This document shows, in pieces, positions 18,618-27,558 of a stretch of DNA of 64,000 bases. Each line of letters opens with the position of its first letter. Position 1 is the stretch's first letter. The position numbers and the translations under genes were made by a program. The notes under the pieces are model-generated. The model saw nothing but the letters and a program-made list of their open reading frames with translations, did no database searches and was not told the DNA's origin. The DNA is taken from the NCBI GenBank assembly GCA_031425695.1, contig JANPJV010000301.1:5862-69861 (forward strand), written 5' to 3'. This DNA comes from Rhodanobacteraceae bacterium. GTDB taxonomy: Bacteria; Pseudomonadota; Gammaproteobacteria; Xanthomonadales; SZUA-5.

Positions 18618-19139
18618 ATGGGTTTCAGTGCAGCCGTGCTATTTGGCGCGATGGCCATGCTGGCGAATGGCGATATTTATCGCTGTCGCAACGCGAGTGG
18701 CGTGCTGAGCTATCAGGACAAGCCATGTCCGAGTGGTGCGTCCGCGCGGCTGGCGACTGCCGGCGCCGACCAATCAGTGGGTGCGTTGCAGCGCTGGCTG
18801 GACGCGCAGGATCCGCGTCCGGCACGCCGGGCGGCGGCGAATGCATACAGTGCACCGGCAGCGCGCGCTCGTGGCCCATTGGTCCCGGGTGGCCCAGTCA
18901 GCGAGGCGCAACTCGCTGGATGTTCTGAGCGCTTCCTGGCCTGCGCGACGGGCGACGCCGCGATCATGGACGCCTGCGTTGATCGGCTGCCGCGCTGCTC
19001 CGCGTCAGGAAGCGGGGCCTGCTGTCCGCAGGCGTGCGTCAGTCGCTACCAGGTGTTGCGCAGCGACGGCCACAAGCTGTCGTCGGCCGTGCGCCTGGCC
19101 TTGCTCGATCCGGCGGCGCCAAACTGCAGCGTACCGTAG
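18618..19139 (+). CDS. DUF4124-domain protein with a Cys-rich C-terminus
   Basis: Signal peptide followed by 'GDIYRCRNASGVLSYQDKPCPSG' (DUF4124 signature). Confidence 0.7.
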   Translation: MGFSAAVLFGAMAMLANGDIYRCRNASGVLSYQDKPCPSGASARLATAGADQSVGALQRWLDAQDPRPARRAAANAYSAPAARARGPLVPGGPVSEAQLAGCSERFLACATGDAAIMDACVDRLPRCSASGSGACCPQACVSRYQVLRSDGHKLSSAVRLALLDPAAPNCSVP

Positions 19140-19175
19140 GCCGGAATTGCCGCGCTGGGGCTCAGTGGCGCTTTT

Positions 19176-19204
19176 GGAGGGCGGCGCTCCTGCGCCGCCG
19201 CTCT
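19176..19204 (+). repeat. GC hairpin repeat (family 4), second copy
   Basis: Identical 29-mer to 7430-7458, again shortly after a stop codon (19139). Confidence 0.7.
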
Positions 19205-19265
19205 AGACTTCGAGCCGAACCAGGCCGAAGCGGCCGCGCGGGAGCGCGGCCCTCCAGCCAGAACC

Positions 19266-19589
19266 TCACGTCCTGCGACTGGCCAACCCGTGGAAGCCGA
19301 GCATGCCGAGGCCGGCAGCGAAGATCACGATGCCGAAGGTGGCCGGGTCATTCGCGCCGAGGTTGAGCAGATCGATCAAGCCGAAGGCGGTGCCGACCAG
19401 CACCAGCACCAAGCCCCATTTGAGCGAGGAGACGCGGCGGTTCTGCTCGTCGGCGGCGAGCATCGTGCGCACCAGGTCTTCAGAGGCGCCGGACTCGGCG
19501 AGCCGGCGCCGTACCCGTCCGTCCATGACGATCTTGATCGCAGCAACGATGCAGATGAACAGCACGATAGGAATGAAATCACCGTCCAC
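19266..19589 (-). CDS. Small membrane protein (about 107 aa)
   Basis: GTG start preceded by GGAGA at 6-nt spacing. Two hydrophobic segments ('FIPIVLFICIVAAIKIV', 'WGLVLVLVGTAFGLI...FGIVIFAAGLGMLGF'). Confidence 0.6.
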   Translation of the reverse strand: MDGDFIPIVLFICIVAAIKIVMDGRVRRRLAESGASEDLVRTMLAADEQNRRVSSLKWGLVLVLVGTAFGLIDLLNLGANDPATFGIVIFAAGLGMLGFHGLASRRT

Positions 19590-19704
19590 TTTGGATCTCC
19601 GTCGTGGGGCGGATGTGCCCCGTTTGAACCAATAGAGACGCCGGCGTAAACGCCGGTTGCACCCCCGCCGCAAATTTTCCGCGCAAGATCGCGCACCTGC
19701 TGTG

Positions 19705-19728
19705 GTGGGTCCGGACCTCGTCCGGACA
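19705..19728 (+). repeat. Solo REP, family 1
   Basis: 'GTGGGTCCGGACCTCGTCCGGAC' followed by T7. Same core as the arrays flanking the RAYT gene. Confidence 0.75.
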
Positions 19729-19759
19729 CTTTTTTTGTCGGGGTCTGCAACCGTGGGCA

Positions 19760-20344
19760 GTGAACAGGTATCCATCCTGCATGAATGACGATCGATCCCT
19801 GGTGGAAGCCACGCTGGCGCGCAAGCCGGGCGCGTTCGAGCGCCTGGTCACCAGTCACCAGGGGTTGGTCTGGCATCTGATCGAGCGCATGGTTCGGCAC
19901 CCCGAGGACACCCGCGAGCTCAGCCAGGAGGTGTTCCTGCGGGTGCACCAGAAGCTCGATCAGTATCGGTTCGAAAGCACGCTCGCGACCTGGATCGGCC
20001 GGATTGCCTTCTCGATTGCCACTCGCCACCTGCAGCGCAAGCGCCTGCCGCTCGACGAGGCCGGCTTCGATGACGAGGATTCGATGGCGTCACGCGTGAG
20101 CGATGGCTTCGATCTCGCCGAGGCCTGCGCCGACGAGCAATTGATGGGCGTGGTCGGGCGCGAGCTCGACGCACTCTCGCCCATGCAACGTACACTGATC
20201 AGCCTCTACCATCTCGAAGAGCTCGGCATCAGCGAGATCGCGAGCATCACCGGCCAGCCCGAAGGCACGGTCAAGAACAGCCTGTTCCGCGCGCGTCGCC
20301 GGTTGCGCGAGCGCCTGGAACAAGCCATGGGAGTCGCCGCATGA
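19760..20344 (+). CDS. ECF-type RNA polymerase sigma-70 family factor
   Basis: Region 2 'FERLVTSHQGLVWHLIERMV...EVFLRVHQKLDQYR'. Region 4 'LISLYHLEELGISEIASITGQPEGTVKNSLFRARRRLRE'. Start may be 19781. Confidence 0.85.
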   Translation: MNRYPSCMNDDRSLVEATLARKPGAFERLVTSHQGLVWHLIERMVRHPEDTRELSQEVFLRVHQKLDQYRFESTLATWIGRIAFSIATRHLQRKRLPLDEAGFDDEDSMASRVSDGFDLAEACADEQLMGVVGRELDALSPMQRTLISLYHLEELGISEIASITGQPEGTVKNSLFRARRRLRERLEQAMGVAA

Positions 20345-20796
20345 ACGAAGAACACGACTGGACCCAGGAACGCCGCCGCGAATGGCAGGCACAGGAACGC
20401 GCCCGCACGCTCGAGCTTGCAAGCGCGCCCGTCACCGGTGAGCCACTGGTCGACCGCTACCGCGCCGTGATGCGCCTCACGCGCACCGCCCCACGTCCTC
20501 CCGTTCCCGCCGACTTTGCTGCAAAAGTAGCCGCGGCCGCGCGCGAGCAGGAATTCGACGAGCGTTTCGAGCGCTGGATGCTGCTGGTCGGCGGCCTGAT
20601 CGCGCTGGCCTTCACCGTTTTCTACATGGGCGACAGCCTGCTCGAAATCGGCCAACTCACCCTGCGCAGCATCGACGGCCTTGCCCCCGAGGTGCCGCTG
20701 CTCAGCAACCCGATGCTGTGGATGGCGATCGCGGGCACTGGCTGCGCCACCTTGTTCGACCTGCCATTTGGCGCGGGGCGCCGGGCGGTGGGCTGA
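20341..20796 (+). CDS. Putative membrane anti-sigma factor
   Basis: 4-nt overlap with the sigma gene. Cytoplasmic N-terminus, then transmembrane segments ('WMLLVGGLIALAFTVFY'). Confidence 0.55.
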   Translation: MNEEHDWTQERRREWQAQERARTLELASAPVTGEPLVDRYRAVMRLTRTAPRPPVPADFAAKVAAAAREQEFDERFERWMLLVGGLIALAFTVFYMGDSLLEIGQLTLRSIDGLAPEVPLLSNPMLWMAIAGTGCATLFDLPFGAGRRAVG

Positions 20797-20810
20797 GGGA
20801 TTTGCTCCAC

Positions 20811-20958
20811 GTGGGTCCGGACCTTGTCCGGACGCTGTTGCTTAGCTGTACGTGGGTCCGGACCTTGTCCGGACGCTGTTGCTTAGCTGTACGTGGGTCC
20901 GGACCTTGTCCGGACGCTGGTGCTTAGCTGTACGTGGGTCCGGACCTTGTCCGGACGC
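20811..20958 (+). repeat. REP array, family 1 (41-bp period, 3 full units plus 1 truncated)
   Basis: Unit 'GTGGGTCCGGACCTTGTCCGGACGCTGTTGCTTAGCTGTAC' starts at 20811, 20852, 20893 and 20934. Confidence 0.9.
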
Positions 20959-21043
20959 TTTTCATACAAATCCAGAAACTTCCTACAGGAAAACCCGGTG
21001 GCGACCCGATGCACTCAAGCTGGCCCGCTCGGCATTGTTACTC

Positions 21044-21517
21044 ATGCCCTACGACAGCCTCCTGCGTCATCGTGAACAAGCGCTCGGCAATGGCTTCACT
21101 GTCACATTCTGCGCACTTGACCGCCGGCCTGTTTTTGCGTCGGACGCAGCGGCGGCGATCTTGGCCAGAGCGATTTGGCGAAGCGATGAGCTGAAACTAT
21201 CCAGCACCCACGCCTGGGTGATCATGCCGGACCACGTCCACTGGCTGGTTTCCGTAGAAGCCGGTGTTTCCGTCAGCAGGGCGGTAGCGAGCGTCAAGGC
21301 CAACACCAGTCGCCAGCTTGCACAGCTGGGACTGACCGGCCTCTGGCAGCCCGGCTTCTATGAACATCGCGTGCGCAACCAGGAAGACCTCGCCTCTCAA
21401 GCTCGCTATCTGATCGCGAATCCACTGCGAGCCGGGCTGGTCGCGAAGCTCTCGGATTACCGGTGGTGGTACACCTCATTTGCATGTTCGGCTGACGGTG
21501 AAGATGTGTTCTGGTAG
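21044..21517 (+). CDS. REP-associated tyrosine transposase (RAYT, IS200/IS605-like Y1 HUH enzyme)
   Basis: HUH motif 'MPDHVHWLV'. C-terminal Tyr helix 'ASQARYLIANPLRAGL'. About 157 aa from the internal ATG 21044; the upstream ORF portion is only translated REPs. Confidence 0.85.
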   Translation: MPYDSLLRHREQALGNGFTVTFCALDRRPVFASDAAAAILARAIWRSDELKLSSTHAWVIMPDHVHWLVSVEAGVSVSRAVASVKANTSRQLAQLGLTGLWQPGFYEHRVRNQEDLASQARYLIANPLRAGLVAKLSDYRWWYTSFACSADGEDVFW

Positions 21518-21523
21518 TGATCA

Positions 21524-21917
21524 ACAGCGTCCGGACAAGGTCCGGACCCACGTACGGCTAAGCAACAGCGTCCGGACAAAGTCCGGACCCACGTACAGCT
21601 AAGCAACAGCGTCCGGACAAGGTCCGGACCCACGTGCAGCAAAGCAACAGCGTCCGGACGAGGTCCGGACCCACGTGCAGCAAAGCAAGAGCGTCCGGAC
21701 GAGGTCCGGACCCACGTACGGCTAAGCAAGAGCGTCCGGACAAGGTCCGGACCACGTCCGGCTAAGCAAGAGCGTCCGGACGAGGTCCGGACCCACGTGC
21801 AGCAAAGCAACAGCGTCCGGACAAGGTCCGGACCCACCTGCAGCAAAGCAACAGCGTCCGGACGAGGTCCGGACCCACGTGGAGCCAAAGGCAACAGCGT
21901 CGGACGGGTCCGGAGTC
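21524..21917 (-). repeat. REP array, family 1, inverse orientation (9 units plus 1 degenerate)
   Basis: Unit 'CAGCGTCCGGACAAGGTCCGGACCCACGTACGGCTAAGCAA' repeats about every 41 bp from 21524. One unit carries a 1-bp deletion and the last unit is degenerate. Confidence 0.9.
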
Positions 21918-21972
21918 ACAGGCACAGCCGCGCTTCACCCTTTCTCTGCCCACACCCGCGTAGCCTCGCGGC

Positions 21973-23277
21973 ATGCACCCGAACTCCGATCCGTTGATGC
22001 CGCTCTGGCTGCAGACTGCCGCGCCGTTGGTGCTGGCGGAAAGCGGTCCGCGTTTTGAGGATCTGGGCGCGTGCGATTGCGTGGTCAGCGGCGCGGGTGT
22101 GACCGGGCTTTCGACGGCGCTGCACCTGGCCGAAGGCGGGGCGCGCGTGGTTCTGCTGGAGCGCGAGGCGCCGGGGCTCGGCAGTACCGGGCGCGCCAAC
22201 GGGCAAATCATCGCCGGCCTGCAACGCACGCCGGAGGCAATCATCAAGGCATATGGGCCGGCGATTGGCGAGCGTATCGTCGACTTCAGCGGGCACGCGC
22301 CGGAATTGGTGTTCGAGCTGATTGACCGCCACGGCATCGACTGCGGCGCGGAGCGCACTGGGTGGATCCAGGCGACGCGCTCCGAACACCAGCTCCCGGA
22401 TTTGCATGTCCTTGGCGCGTCGTGGATCGCGCGCGGCGCCCCGGTGCGCCTACTCGATCGGATTGACACCAGCCGCTTGCTCGGCACCGATGCCTACGCC
22501 GGCGGTTGGCTGGACGAACGCAACGGTATGTTGCAGCCGCTCGCCTTCGCGCGCGGGCTGGCAGGCGCGGCAATGCGCGCCGGCGTCGACCTGCATTGCG
22601 GTGTCAGCGTGCGCAAGCTGGAACGCGTGGCGGAGCGGTGGCAAGTCACCACCGATCGCGGCGTGGTGTCCGCACGTACGGTCGTGGTCGCCACCAACGT
22701 CTACACGGGTGAACTCGAGGGCATGGCCACGGCGCTGCTCGGGCGCAGTTTCCTGTCGGCCTACAGCGTGCAGCTCGCGAGCGCGCCGCTGACGCCGGCG
22801 CAACTGGCGACGGTGCTGCCGCAACGGCATTCGTGCGGCGACACCGAACATTTGCGCCTGCGCTATTTCCGGCTCGATGCCGACAACCGATTCGTGATCG
22901 GCGGTCCTGGCTGGCTGCGTCCACCGAAGTCGCGCATGGCGATGAGTTTTCGCATCCTCGCCGCTTCGGCCCGTCGCATGTTCCCGCAGCTGGCCGACAC
23001 CCGTTTCGAATACCGCTGGTATGCGCGTGACAGCGTCACCGCGGATCTGCTGCCGCACCTCTACGAGCCGGCACCGGGGATCTTCTCGGCGCTCGGCTAC
23101 AACGGCCGCGGCCTGGCGATGGGCATCGCCCTCGGAAGCGTGCTGGCGCGACGCGTGCTCGGTGCGGATCCGGCCAGCCTGCCGTTCCCGATCACCGACG
23201 CGACGCGGGCGCCACTCAACCTGCCGACGTCGGCGCGCTCGTGGTTCGGCTCGGTGTTTTCACGCCTGCACCGTTGA
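21973..23277 (+). CDS. FAD-dependent oxidoreductase (DAO family)
   Basis: Dinucleotide-binding 'DCVVSGAGVTGLSTALHLAEGGARVVLLE'. Length and C-terminal 'GYNGRGLAMG' are typical of DAO/PuuB-like oxidases. Confidence 0.8.
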   Translation: MHPNSDPLMPLWLQTAAPLVLAESGPRFEDLGACDCVVSGAGVTGLSTALHLAEGGARVVLLEREAPGLGSTGRANGQIIAGLQRTPEAIIKAYGPAIGERIVDFSGHAPELVFELIDRHGIDCGAERTGWIQATRSEHQLPDLHVLGASWIARGAPVRLLDRIDTSRLLGTDAYAGGWLDERNGMLQPLAFARGLAGAAMRAGVDLHCGVSVRKLERVAERWQVTTDRGVVSARTVVVATNVYTGELEGMATALLGRSFLSAYSVQLASAPLTPAQLATVLPQRHSCGDTEHLRLRYFRLDADNRFVIGGPGWLRPPKSRMAMSFRILAASARRMFPQLADTRFEYRWYARDSVTADLLPHLYEPAPGIFSALGYNGRGLAMGIALGSVLARRVLGADPASLPFPITDATRAPLNLPTSARSWFGSVFSRLHR

Positions 23278-25422
23278 CCTTCGCGCCCAAAGCTCCGTCA
23301 GCAGCGTTTCAAACGCCAGGGCAAAGCGGGCCGCATCAAACAGTGGCGACATCCGGACTTGTTCGCGCAAGCGCAGGCGCAGGGCCTGCAAGTCGGCAAC
23401 GTCAGCCGCCCGGTCGATGGCCGCGTGCTCATAGGCGTCGGTGTCGCTGACGACCCAATCCGCCAGCCCCGCAGCGCCGAGCAGGCTCGCGCCCTGGCGC
23501 GCCACCAGCGTTTCGCCGGTGAGGGTCAGGGTCGGGACGCCCATCCACAGCGCTTCGCAGGTGGTGGTGCCACCCGGAAATGGAAAGCTGTCGAGCAGGA
23601 TGTCGACCTCGGCATGGCTGCTCAAGTACTGCGCCCGTGAGCCGGCCGCGTGCAGCTGCAAGCGCTCAGGATCGATGCCCTGCGCGCTGGCGCGACCCTC
23701 GAATGCCGCGCGCCCGAGGGCATCGCCGAGCGAGTCACTCTGGATGCGCAATCGTGCGCCGGGAACCGCGGCCAGTATCCGCGCCCAGGCGCTCAAGACC
23801 GCGTCGTTGAGCTTGCGGATGGCCTGGAAGCTGCCGAAAGTGATGTAGCCATTGCGCAAGGCCGGCGTATCGGCGACGAAAGGCGCATCCCGCGGTGGGC
23901 TGAAGCACAGGCGCGTATCCGGCAGGCACGCAACCGCTTCGGTGAAAAACTGCCGCGCCGCGGCGGGCACGCCAATCTCGTCGGCAATGAAGTAGTCCAT
24001 TTCCGCGAGCCCAGTGGTCGCGAAATAGCCGAGCCAGCTGAGCTGCAGCGGCGCTGGGCGCCAGGCGAACATCGATAGCCGGTTGTCAGCGCTGTGCCCG
24101 GCAAGGTCGATCAGGACATGCGGTGCGTCCGCGTGGATCAGGCGCGCGCAGTCCTCGTCACTCAGTCCCGCCAGCGATTTCCAGCTCACGCAACGGGACT
24201 GGAGCCGCTCGCTCAGGCCATCGCTGGCACGGTTCGTCGGATAGGCGAGGAATTGGACCCGGCTGGCATCGCTGTTGGCTAGCAAGGGTTCCAGGAAATA
24301 TCCGACCGGGTGCTCGCGCAGGTCGCCCGACACCAGGCCGATGCGCAGCGGCGTGGCAGCGGGGCACTGCCAATGCGAATAAGGGCGCGCGGAAGCGCTC
24401 GCGTGGCGGCCATAGGCGCGTGCTTCCGCGAGCAGCTCGGCGGGGCGCAGCTCAGCCAGGTAATTGGTGCAGAACAGCCAGCTCTGGCGGGTGGGCAGGT
24501 CGGCGGGCCGCAGTTCGAGCGCCCGGGCGAAGGCCGCCGCAGCGGCATGCAGGTCGCCGCTGCGCAGCAGGCTGCGGGCCAGGTCGACCTGCGCATCGAA
24601 ATAGTCCGGCGAGGTGGCGAGCATCTGCCGCGCGAGCTTGCCGAGCTCGATTTCCCGCCCTTGATGAAACAGCAGCTGGCCGAGACGCCGATAGGCATCA
24701 ACGCTGTCGGGTCGATGCTGCAGTGCTTCACGGAAGGCCTGCTCGGCGTCGCCGGCGCGATCCTGCTCGAGCAGGGCCTCGCCGAGGACGCTGCAGGCAG
24801 CGGGGTCACGCGGCTGCACGGCCAGTGCGCGGCGGGCGGCGGTTTCCGCGTCCGCGTACCGGTACAGCCGCATGAGCACACCCGCGTAGGCGACCAACAG
24901 CGTCGGCTGCCGGGCATCGTGCGCAAGCGCCTGTCGCAGGGCGACCTCGGCTTCGCTGAAGCGTGATTGCGCGAGCAACTGGTCGAGCTGTCGTTCCAAA
25001 GCACGCAAGTCGGTCGGCTGCGCGGCGACCGGCTGCGCTGCCGGAGCAGGGGCTACTCGCGGTCTCAGCAACGCGAGATCCGGGCCACGCAGGCCGCGAC
25101 GCTGGCCATCGTCGAGCACCCGCCGGGCCTCGTCCTCCGCCCCGGAATGCATCAGTGCCCTGAGGTAGCTCAGCCAGTGCTGCAGATGGCCGGGATCGGC
25201 TTCCCAGGCGGTGCGAAAGTAGGGTAGCGCGACGCCCATTCCGCGACCACTCTGCATCGCGAGCACCGCGGTGTTGTGATTCGCCTCGGGGTTGCGCGGG
25301 GCCACGTCGAGCACCTGCGCATACAGCGCCTGCGCCTGGGCCAGGCGGCCGGCCTGATGGTGGGTTGCGGCAGCGTAGAGACAGTCGGTCAGTTGCTTCT
25401 CGTCCATCGGTGGCCTGCGCAA
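23260..25422 (-). CDS. TPR-repeat protein with a C-terminal O-GlcNAc-transferase-like (GT41/SPINDLY-type) domain
   Basis: N-terminal half is TPR repeats. The C-terminal half ('GYITFGSFQAIRKLN', 'LDSFPFPGGTTTCEALWMGVPTLTL') matches GT41-type glycosyltransferases. Confidence 0.75.
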   Translation of the reverse strand: MRRPPMDEKQLTDCLYAAATHHQAGRLAQAQALYAQVLDVAPRNPEANHNTAVLAMQSGRGMGVALPYFRTAWEADPGHLQHWLSYLRALMHSGAEDEARRVLDDGQRRGLRGPDLALLRPRVAPAPAAQPVAAQPTDLRALERQLDQLLAQSRFSEAEVALRQALAHDARQPTLLVAYAGVLMRLYRYADAETAARRALAVQPRDPAACSVLGEALLEQDRAGDAEQAFREALQHRPDSVDAYRRLGQLLFHQGREIELGKLARQMLATSPDYFDAQVDLARSLLRSGDLHAAAAAFARALELRPADLPTRQSWLFCTNYLAELRPAELLAEARAYGRHASASARPYSHWQCPAATPLRIGLVSGDLREHPVGYFLEPLLANSDASRVQFLAYPTNRASDGLSERLQSRCVSWKSLAGLSDEDCARLIHADAPHVLIDLAGHSADNRLSMFAWRPAPLQLSWLGYFATTGLAEMDYFIADEIGVPAAARQFFTEAVACLPDTRLCFSPPRDAPFVADTPALRNGYITFGSFQAIRKLNDAVLSAWARILAAVPGARLRIQSDSLGDALGRAAFEGRASAQGIDPERLQLHAAGSRAQYLSSHAEVDILLDSFPFPGGTTTCEALWMGVPTLTLTGETLVARQGASLLGAAGLADWVVSDTDAYEHAAIDRAADVADLQALRLRLREQVRMSPLFDAARFALAFETLLTELWARRSTVQA

Positions 25423-25530
25423 AAGGCCAGCATAGCGGCAAGCGCCGGACTGCTTGCTTGAGATCTTCTGCGATTACCGTGTGCGCGGCCGCGTCGGTTC
25501 GGCTCGTGTTACAAAACCTTGGGCAGCACC

Positions 25531-25559
25531 AAAAGCGTCCGCGCACAGCGCAGACCCAC
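25531..25559 (-). repeat. REP-like element, family 3 (solo)
   Basis: 'AAAAGCGTCCGCGCACAGCGCAGACCCAC' is the reverse complement of the GTGGGTCTGCGC...GCGCGGAC type seen at 27271-27388. Confidence 0.7.
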
Positions 25560-25609
25560 AACAGCCAATCGCCGCCATAATCTCCGCCTTTGCATCCCGG
25601 AGGCGCGTC

Positions 25610-26011
25610 GTGTCGGTCAATTCCCGCTGGCAACTTTTGCGCGACGCAGGCGCCTTCCAGGTCAAGCTGCTGCTCGATGCCCTCCGCGACATCGCCTTGA
25701 GCCCGCTGGCATTGGTCGCCGCGCTCGTCGATTTCGTGTTCGCGGGCTCGCGTCCGCCGCAGCACTTCTACGCCGTGCTGCGCCTCGGTCGCCGCTCCGA
25801 AGCCTGGATCGACCTGTGGGCGGCCGGCTTGCGCGAAGCACGCAGCGATGAAACCGCGCCGGCCGATACTGCGCCGGTAAATGCCGACTGGATCATGGAC
25901 CGCGTCGAGTCGCTCATCCGCGACCCGCGCTCCGGCGCGCGCGATGCGCTGGTTCTCAAGCGCTGGGCGCGCATGCGGCTGGCTCGGTCGGCGGCCAAGA
26001 CCGAGCTGTGA
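25610..26011 (+). CDS. Hypothetical protein (about 133 aa)
   Basis: GTG start 6 nt after GGAGG. GC3-rich frame. One hydrophobic segment ('IALSPLALVAALVDFVFAG'). No recognised family. Confidence 0.45.
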   Translation: MSVNSRWQLLRDAGAFQVKLLLDALRDIALSPLALVAALVDFVFAGSRPPQHFYAVLRLGRRSEAWIDLWAAGLREARSDETAPADTAPVNADWIMDRVESLIRDPRSGARDALVLKRWARMRLARSAAKTEL

Positions 26012-26016
26012 CTTTG

Positions 26017-26053
26017 GTAGGTCATGTTGTCCGCGCAAGCGGACTACTTGACG
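26017..26053 (+). repeat. REP-like element, family 2 (solo)
   Basis: 'GTAGGTCATGTTGTCCGCGCAAGCGGACTACTTGACG' between convergent genes. Confidence 0.8.
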
Positions 26054-26062
26054 TTTTGATCC

Positions 26063-27181
26063 TCAACCAGCCAGCGCCTTGCCGATGCACGCCTGATAGC
26101 GCTTCTGCACCCGTGTCGCGAACCATTCAGTGGTGAGCTTGCGGGTGATCTTGGGGCTTTCGAGCAGGATGCGCGGGATCACGGCGCGCGGCAGCGGCTG
26201 GCCGGCGCGGCGGTCGGCGAGCGCGAACACGCGGTGGTAGAGATCGGTTTGTTCGAACTCGAAGCGGTCGCCCTGGTCGAGGTCGCGCTGGATCGCGCGC
26301 TCGTCGAGCTCGAGCTCGTCGGCAATCGACAGCGCCGCGCGCTCGGTGACGCCAATCTTGCGCTTGCCCCAACCACCGGCATGCACGATCAGGTCGCCAT
26401 CGAGGGCCAGTTCGATGCCGGCAGCGCGGGCGAGCGCGGCCTGGAAGGCAGCGTTGCGGCTGGCATACCAGCCGGCGTTGAAGTCCGCGTAGCGATAGAG
26501 GTGGCGCTCGTAGCTGTTCGGATAATCGAGCAGGTGGGCAATGCCGAAGTACAGGCCGCCGCGGCGTGAGAACACTTCCTGGCGAATGCTGCCGGCGTCG
26601 GCGTAAGGATAGCGATGGCCGTCCGCATAGGTTTCGGCGAAGCGGATGCCGACCTGCATCGGGCCGCCAGTACGCACCGGATTCGCGCGTCCGAACAGGC
26701 GCTTGCCGAGCGGCACCGAGGCTAAAAACTCTTCGAACAAGCGGCTCAGCTCCTGTTCGGTGCGCACGCCCGCGAGCCGTTGCGCATAGGTCTTCCCATT
26801 GGCCGAATCGACGTCCAGCGCCGCGCGCACGAGGAATTGCGGAACCTTGAGCTTGGCCGCGCGCCGGTCGATTTCTTCCCGCGCAATCCGGGCCAGTCCC
26901 GGTACCGCCGGGTCGGCTACATAGCCTGATTCCTGCTCGATCACCGCCAGCACCGCGCACAGGTTCTCCGAGCTCGGCGGAACATCGATGCTCGCAAATG
27001 CCGTCTGGATCTCCCGTGCCCAGCCTTCCCGATCGGGCGTCTTGGCCGGCATGAGCCGCACCAGCTGCGCACGCACGTCGGCGGGCGTGCGTTTCGGGCC
27101 CTGGTTGGCATCAGGTGTGGCGCAACCGACGAGCACTGCCAGCAGCAGTCCAGCCAAACCAACAAAGCGCATCGTGACCAT
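26063..27181 (-). CDS. DUF1615-family lipoprotein
   Basis: 'MVTMRFVGLAGLLLAVLVGC' lipobox start. The body ('GGPMQV', 'LYRYADFNAGWYASRNAAFQ') fits DUF1615. The ORF-track N-terminal extension is translated REPs. Confidence 0.7.
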   Translation of the reverse strand: MVTMRFVGLAGLLLAVLVGCATPDANQGPKRTPADVRAQLVRLMPAKTPDREGWAREIQTAFASIDVPPSSENLCAVLAVIEQESGYVADPAVPGLARIAREEIDRRAAKLKVPQFLVRAALDVDSANGKTYAQRLAGVRTEQELSRLFEEFLASVPLGKRLFGRANPVRTGGPMQVGIRFAETYADGHRYPYADAGSIRQEVFSRRGGLYFGIAHLLDYPNSYERHLYRYADFNAGWYASRNAAFQAALARAAGIELALDGDLIVHAGGWGKRKIGVTERAALSIADELELDERAIQRDLDQGDRFEFEQTDLYHRVFALADRRAGQPLPRAVIPRILLESPKITRKLTTEWFATRVQKRYQACIGKALAG

Positions 27182-27270
27182 CGCATCCGTTTCGCAGGGC
27201 CGGCGGCCCCAAGGCACGAACATGCTGCGGACACGCGCGTGTATCGGAGGTAACCGGCGTCTCCCTCGTG

Positions 27271-27388
27271 GTGGGTCTGCGCTCTCGCGCGGACTCTTTT
27301 GCCTTCGCCCCGCTGTTGGTGGGTCTGCGCTGCGCGCGGACTCTTTTGCCTTGGCGAGCGAAAGCGTCCGCGCATAGCGCAGACCCAC
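27271..27388. repeat. REP-like cluster, family 3 (two direct copies plus one inverted)
   Basis: 'GTGGGTCTGCGCTCTCGCGCGGACTCTTTTGCC' (27271). 'GTGGGTCTGCGCTGCGCGCGGACTCTTTTGCC' (27319). Inverted 'AAAGCGTCCGCGCATAGCGCAGACCCAC' (27361-27388). Confidence 0.8.
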
Positions 27389-27558
27389 CAACAACCAGCA
27401 GCGCACTGCCGATCGCGACCAGTAGCTCCGGCCACCACCAGAAGCCGTGCCCGGCGCTCAGGTCGTAATGCAGGCCGGCAAAACCAATGGAGCCGAAGCT
27501 TGCCGGTATCGCCGCGCACGCATACTCCCCCCATCACTCACTGACCCACGAGGCCCAC

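Larger units (their letters stand above)
20811..21917. mobile_element. RAYT-REP unit: a Y1 transposase gene bracketed by opposed REP arrays
   Basis: 4 direct 41-bp units upstream (20811-20958). 9 units plus 1 degenerate unit in inverse orientation downstream (21524-21917). Confidence 0.85.

Noticed and set aside
20811-21917. Possible CRISPR arrays, given regularly spaced 41-bp repeats
   Set aside because: The units are directly abutting with no unique spacers. They flank a RAYT gene in opposed orientation, and no cas genes are present. They are REP arrays, not CRISPR.
20852-21925. Multiple ORFs translating as 'GPDLVRTLLLSCTWVRTLSGR...' on both strands
   Set aside because: These are translations of the 41-bp REP arrays. 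The periodic identical peptides and their overlap in several frames show they are not genes.
24806-26038. 410-aa minus-strand ORF spanning the OGT 5' end, a REP and the 25610 gene
   Set aside because: It crosses an intergenic REP element and overlaps two better-supported genes out of frame.
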